From Bacillus sp. ISL-51 (lineage in GTDB: Bacteria; Bacillota; Bacilli; Bacillales; Bacillaceae): DNA of 24,000 bases. Positions 18,261 to 24,000 of the stretch are shown piece after piece; within the stretch, counting starts at the first letter, position 1; every line of letters starts with the position of its first letter. The notes beneath the pieces were generated by a model that was given only the letters and a program-made list of their open reading frames with translations, was not told the DNA's origin and ran no database searches. Made by a program: the position numbers and the translations under genes. The DNA lies in assembly GCF_018613535.1 (NCBI RefSeq), contig NZ_JAGGQB010000009.1, positions 1-24,000 on the forward strand, written 5' to 3'.

Positions 18261-19667
18261 TCACTTCACACCCCAAACAGCCTCCTCATCACCACTCAAC
18301 ACACTAAACGTCATCACATCCTTCTCCCTCACAGAATCCCACTCCTTCACAAACACCCCGTCATAGCTCACACCGTTAAGTATAATCTTTGCTTTGTAGT
18401 CCCCGGTTTTTGTCCATGTTCCGCTCATTTCCCCGGAAATGGTGTCGTTTGTGTTGAGGCGGATGGTTTTTGGGGTTTTGATTGTTGCTGTGATGTCTTT
18501 TCCGTGCTGGATGAGTTTGTAGGTTCCGGCAGCTGCTGCTTTTGATACGGTTTCCAGTGATTCTCCTGTATAGCGGTAAGGGGCGGCGAGCGGCCAGCCG
18601 TCTTTGTTCATGTACAGCTGGTGAACTCTGACTTCGTGCTCTTCGCCTCTGTTCGGGAAACGGGTGTGGAAAATCCGATAGGTGCGTTTTGATTTATCGT
18701 CGTAGAAAACGGAGTTGTGCCCCGGTGAGACGTAGCCTGTGCCCTTTTCGGTTTGTGCTGCGAAGTTGTAACTGCCCATGAGTTTGACGCCGTACGGTTC
18801 GATTACTTTGTCGTCGAAGAAGGTGCCGTCCTTTCCTTTGGCGTTGAGCATGTCATGGCCTGCGGCGTCATAGTACGGGCCGTCCGGGTTTTTGGAGCGG
18901 GTTACGCGTATGTTGTAGCCGCCTGCGGCATCAAGACCTCCGAATGACAGATACAGATAGTAGTATTTCGTTTCTGGATTGTAGCTGATGTACGGGCCTT
19001 CGATCCGGCTGTGGTTTCCCCCGAGCAGTTTTTTCCCGTAGCCTTGGTTCGGGAGCGGAAAACCGGTTTTCGGATTCATTTCTAAGATGAAAATGCCGCC
19101 TGAGTAGGAGCCGTATACCATCCAGAGCTTGCCGTCTTTATCAAAAAACGTTTGCGGGTCGACGACGTTCGGATGGATGGCTGCATTGTATGTCGTGCCA
19201 TCTTCGCTTTTTCCGTCCATACCTGATTTCAGAAAGACGCCTTTATTTTTGTAGGGGCCTTCTATGCTGTCACTCACGGCGACGCCGAGAGCGGATCTTG
19301 GCGAATCTCCTTTACAGGCGTTGTAGTACATATAAAACTTGCCGTCCGAAAGCTTAACGACGTCCGGCGCCCATAATGTATCAGACTGGGCCCAGTCGAA
19401 GGTTTCTTTTAATTCTGTATAGACGTTCGGAATCAGCGGGTTGTTGTTATTGACGCTTGTCGAAATTTGCTGCCACTGCATCAGGTTCTTTGATTTGGCG
19501 GAAGCCAAATGCGAGCCGAATACATAATACGTATCTCCCGTTTTGATGACGGACGGATCATGGACGCTGACTTCTGAGAATACCGGATGCCGGGCTTTTG
19601 CCTGCGGCAGGGTAAACCCGATGACCGCTGCTGTAATTAGGCACACGCGAAAGAAGCTGGTTTTCAT
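18261..19667 (-). CDS. abn2: Secreted GH43 endo-1,5-alpha-L-arabinanase
   Basis: 468-aa ORF with a signal peptide (MKTSFFRVCLITAAVIGFTLPQAKA). GH43 motifs are present: VHDPSVIK, LWAPDV, IEGPYI. RBS GAGGAGA lies upstream. Its position beside hutP matches yxiA/abn2 of B. subtilis. Confidence 0.9.
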   Translation of the reverse strand: MKTSFFRVCLITAAVIGFTLPQAKARHPVFSEVSVHDPSVIKTGDTYYVFGSHLASAKSKNLMQWQQISTSVNNNNPLIPNVYTELKETFDWAQSDTLWAPDVVKLSDGKFYMYYNACKGDSPRSALGVAVSDSIEGPYKNKGVFLKSGMDGKSEDGTTYNAAIHPNVVDPQTFFDKDGKLWMVYGSYSGGIFILEMNPKTGFPLPNQGYGKKLLGGNHSRIEGPYISYNPETKYYYLYLSFGGLDAAGGYNIRVTRSKNPDGPYYDAAGHDMLNAKGKDGTFFDDKVIEPYGVKLMGSYNFAAQTEKGTGYVSPGHNSVFYDDKSKRTYRIFHTRFPNRGEEHEVRVHQLYMNKDGWPLAAPYRYTGESLETVSKAAAAGTYKLIQHGKDITATIKTPKTIRLNTNDTISGEMSGTWTKTGDYKAKIILNGVSYDGVFVKEWDSVREKDVMTFSVLSGDEEAVWGVK

Positions 19668-19829
19668 TTACGGAAATCTCCTCGCTCTCCTCTTTAATAA
19701 AATGCTATCAAGACAACGTTCCATTTTATGACGCGGGCAGCGGGAGTATGTGAAAAAATGCTGCCAGATTCCTGATTTATCACTGCACCGCAATAGCAAA
19801 CTGATTTGTGAAAGGCTGGAAAAAAAGTT

Positions 19830-19858
19830 TTGACTTCTGATGCATAAACACTTAATAT
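19830..19858 (+). promoter_or_regulatory. hut operon sigA promoter (TTGACT - 17 nt - TAATAT)
   Basis: TTGACT lies at 19830-19835 and TAATAT at 19853-19858, about 50 nt upstream of the hutP ATG. Confidence 0.6.
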
Positions 19859-19908
19859 AAAAAACAGTTACTAGTTATCAGAATATTTAAGAATCGAGTG
19901 AAGCATAT

Positions 19909-20355
19909 ATGACCTTACACAAAGACCGCCGTATCGGGCGATTGTCCGTCCTTCTTCTGCTTCATGAGTCTGAAGAAAGCCAGCAGATCAGCCGGCTGGA
20001 GCGTGACGGCTGGAAAGTCTGTCTCGGCAAGGTAGGTTCAATGGATGCGCATAAAGTGGTAGCCGCAATTGAAACCGCTTCCAAAAAAGGCGGAGTGATT
20101 CAATCAGAGGGGTATCGGGAATCACATGCGCTGTATCATGCGACAATGGAGGCCTTGCACGGGGTGACCCGGGGCGAAATGCTGCTTGGCTCGCTGCTTC
20201 GGACGGTCGGCCTCAGATTTGCCGTATTGAGAGGGAATCCTTATGAGAGTGAAGCCGAGGGCGATTGGATTGCCGTTGCACTTTACGGAACGATCGGAGC
20301 TCCGATTAAGGGGCTTGAGCATGAAACATTCGGAGTAGGAATTAATCACATATGA
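19909..20355 (+). CDS. hutP: HutP, histidine-activated RNA-binding antiterminator of the hut operon
   Basis: The 148-aa ORF is near-identical in pattern to B. subtilis HutP: [17 protein letters not shown]...[17 protein letters not shown]...GVGINHI. Confidence 0.95.
   Translation: MTLHKDRRIGRLSVLLLLHESEESQQISRLERDGWKVCLGKVGSMDAHKVVAAIETASKKGGVIQSEGYRESHALYHATMEALHGVTRGEMLLGSLLRTVGLRFAVLRGNPYESEAEGDWIAVALYGTIGAPIKGLEHETFGVGINHI
20070..20083 (+). promoter_or_regulatory. cre-like site inside hutP
   Basis: TGAAACCGCTTCCA matches the cre consensus TGWAANCGNTNWCA at 13 of 14 positions. A cre within hutP is known for the B. subtilis hut operon. Confidence 0.55.
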
Positions 20356-20364
20356 AACAGCCCA

Positions 20365-20381
20365 TAGATCTTAGACGATAG
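20365..20381 (+). promoter_or_regulatory. HutP binding site (UAG-N4-UAG-N4-UAG)
   Basis: TAG triplets lie at 20365, 20372 and 20379, spaced 7 nt apart. They directly abut the 5' arm of the terminator stem. Confidence 0.8.
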
Positions 20382-20425
20382 GGGGCTATGCGTGAAAATT
20401 AATTTTCATGGCATAGCCCCTTTTT
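20382..20425 (+). terminator. hutP-hutH intercistronic terminator controlled by HutP
   Basis: A 10-bp stem GGGGCTATGC / GCATAGCCCC followed by TTTTT. Confidence 0.85.
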
Positions 20426-20465
20426 GCATGGGCGCTTTATCAAAGTAAAGAAAAAAGGGGTTGAA

Positions 20466-21989
20466 ATGATGGTAACGTTAGACGGTTCCTCACTGACAAC
20501 CGCAGACGCCCAGCGTGTGCTGTTTGATTTTGAAGAAGCTGCGGCTTCCGCAGAAAGCATGGAGCGCGTGAAAAAAAGCCGGGCGGCAGTGGAACGGATG
20601 GTTCAAGAAGAAAAGACCATCTATGGCATAACAACAGGGTTCGGCAAATTCAGCGATGTTCTGATTCAAAAAGAGGACGCCGCGGCCCTGCAGCTGAATT
20701 TAATTCTCTCCCACGCATGCGGCGTCGGTGATCCTTTTCCTGAGTCTGTGTCGCGGGCCATGCTGCTTTTGCGCGCCAATGCCCTGCTAAAAGGCTTTTC
20801 CGGTGTGCGCGCTGAGCTGATTGACCAATTGCTCACGTATTTAAATAAACGCATCCACCCCGTCATTCCCCAGCAGGGATCACTGGGGGCAAGCGGGGAC
20901 TTAGCACCGCTTTCTCACCTCGCGCTGGCGCTGATCGGGCAAGGCGAAGTCTTTTTTGAAGGCACCCGGATGCCGACGATGGCCGCTTTAGAAAAAGCAA
21001 AAATTGAGCCGGTCGTACTGACCTCTAAAGAAGGGCTGGCGCTGATCAACGGGACGCAGGCCATGACTGCGATGGGGCTTATCGCTTACATTGAAGCAGA
21101 AAAGCTGGCTTTTCAATCGGAACGGATTGCTGGCTTAACGATTGAAGGCCTTCAGGGCATTATGGACGCGTTTGATGAAGACATCCATGCCGCCCGCGGC
21201 TATCAGGAACAAAAGGATGTCGCAGAACGAATCCGCTATTACCTGTCAGACAGCAAACTGACGACTGTCCAAGGCGAACTGCGGGTCCAAGACGCTTACT
21301 CGATCCGCTGTATTCCGCAAGTTCACGGCGCGTCCTGGCAGACGTTAGCATACGTGAAGGAAAAATTAGAAATTGAGATGAATGCAGCGACAGATAATCC
21401 GCTCATTTTTCATGACGGCAGCAAAATCATTTCAGGCGGAAACTTTCACGGACAGCCGATCGCCTTTGCCATGGATTTTCTGAAAATCGCAGCAGCCGAG
21501 CTTGCGAATATTTCCGAGCGCCGTATCGAACGGCTTGTGAATCCGCAGCTGAATGACCTGCCGCCCTTTTTAAGCCCTCAGCCCGGCTTGCAGTCCGGAG
21601 CGATGATTATGCAGTATGCGGCAGCCTCCCTCGTGTCGGAAAATAAAACGCTGGCCCATCCCGCAAGTGTGGATTCCATTCCGTCATCGGCCAACCAAGA
21701 GGACCACGTCAGCATGGGAACCATCGCTTCAAGGCACGCCTATCAAGTGATCGCGAATACGAGGAGGGTGCTTGCCATTGAAGCCATTTGTGCGCTTCAG
21801 GCGGTGGAATACCGGGGCATAGAAAACGCATCCACTTACACGAAACAGCTGTTTCATGAAATGAGAAAAATCGTGCCGTCCATTCAAGAGGACCGTGTTT
21901 TTTCCTACGACATCGAACATCTGAATGAATGGCTGAAGAAGGAATCCTTTCTGCCGGATCAGCATCACCAAAAACTGATGACAAATTAA
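20466..21989 (+). CDS. hutH: Histidine ammonia-lyase (histidase)
   Basis: The start is placed at ATGATG (20466/20469) after RBS AAAAGGGG, because the ORF-track start at 20424 lies in the terminator tail. The MIO-forming motif [14 protein letters not shown] is present, and the full-length protein resembles HutH. Confidence 0.95.
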   Translation: MMVTLDGSSLTTADAQRVLFDFEEAAASAESMERVKKSRAAVERMVQEEKTIYGITTGFGKFSDVLIQKEDAAALQLNLILSHACGVGDPFPESVSRAMLLLRANALLKGFSGVRAELIDQLLTYLNKRIHPVIPQQGSLGASGDLAPLSHLALALIGQGEVFFEGTRMPTMAALEKAKIEPVVLTSKEGLALINGTQAMTAMGLIAYIEAEKLAFQSERIAGLTIEGLQGIMDAFDEDIHAARGYQEQKDVAERIRYYLSDSKLTTVQGELRVQDAYSIRCIPQVHGASWQTLAYVKEKLEIEMNAATDNPLIFHDGSKIISGGNFHGQPIAFAMDFLKIAAAELANISERRIERLVNPQLNDLPPFLSPQPGLQSGAMIMQYAAASLVSENKTLAHPASVDSIPSSANQEDHVSMGTIASRHAYQVIANTRRVLAIEAICALQAVEYRGIENASTYTKQLFHEMRKIVPSIQEDRVFSYDIEHLNEWLKKESFLPDQHHQKLMTN

Positions 21990-22002
21990 GGGGGACGAAC
22001 AG

Positions 22003-24000
<1,998 letters not shown>

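Noticed and set aside
19710-19724. cre-like sequence (TGGAACGTTGTC on the minus strand) just upstream of abn2
   Set aside because: The central CG is displaced by one position relative to TGWAANCGNTNWCA, and several defined positions mismatch. It is not a credible cre.

Overview
The window is a chromosomal segment from a Bacillus subtilis-group genome. Gene order and protein sequences follow the wapA - yxxF - yxiE - bglH - bglP ... abn2(yxiA) - hutPHUI neighbourhood known from B. subtilis, but the sequences are not identical to strain 168.

Left third (1-6204, minus strand): the first 2068 codons of the RHS/YD-repeat polymorphic toxin WapA. Its toxic C-terminus and the wapI immunity gene lie off the left edge.

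Middle (6370-12722, all minus strand): housekeeping and accessory-metabolism genes. These are a PelB-like pectin lyase, an EamA transporter, a universal stress protein, and the bglPH beta-glucoside operon. The bglPH leader has a textbook cre / promoter / RAT / terminator arrangement.

Right end (18261-24000): the GH43 arabinanase abn2 and the hutP-hutH-hutU-hutI(partial) histidine utilisation operon, with the HutP UAG-repeat antiterminator site.

The variable part is 12.8-18.2 kb and is visibly AT-rich. It contains two things:
- A decayed LXG-type toxin gene (5'-truncated, at least three frame disruptions) followed by an intact small putative immunity gene.
- A compact restriction-modification island with no mobility genes: vsr, a C5-cytosine methyltransferase, and a divergent 367-aa PD-(D/E)XK protein that I cannot assign to a known restriction enzyme family.

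Two orientation-mismatched regulatory signals look most worth follow-up:
- A consensus sigA promoter with an embedded GAAC-N4-GTTC (LexA/Cheo-like) palindrome fires antisense into the 3' end of the putative restriction gene and toward the methylase.
- A promoter plus strong intrinsic terminator pair on the plus strand would make a ~68-nt RNA antisense to the bglP Shine-Dalgarno region.

I saw no rRNA, tRNA, CRISPR array, transposase or integrase. All functional calls come from reading the translations and motifs by eye. No database search was run.
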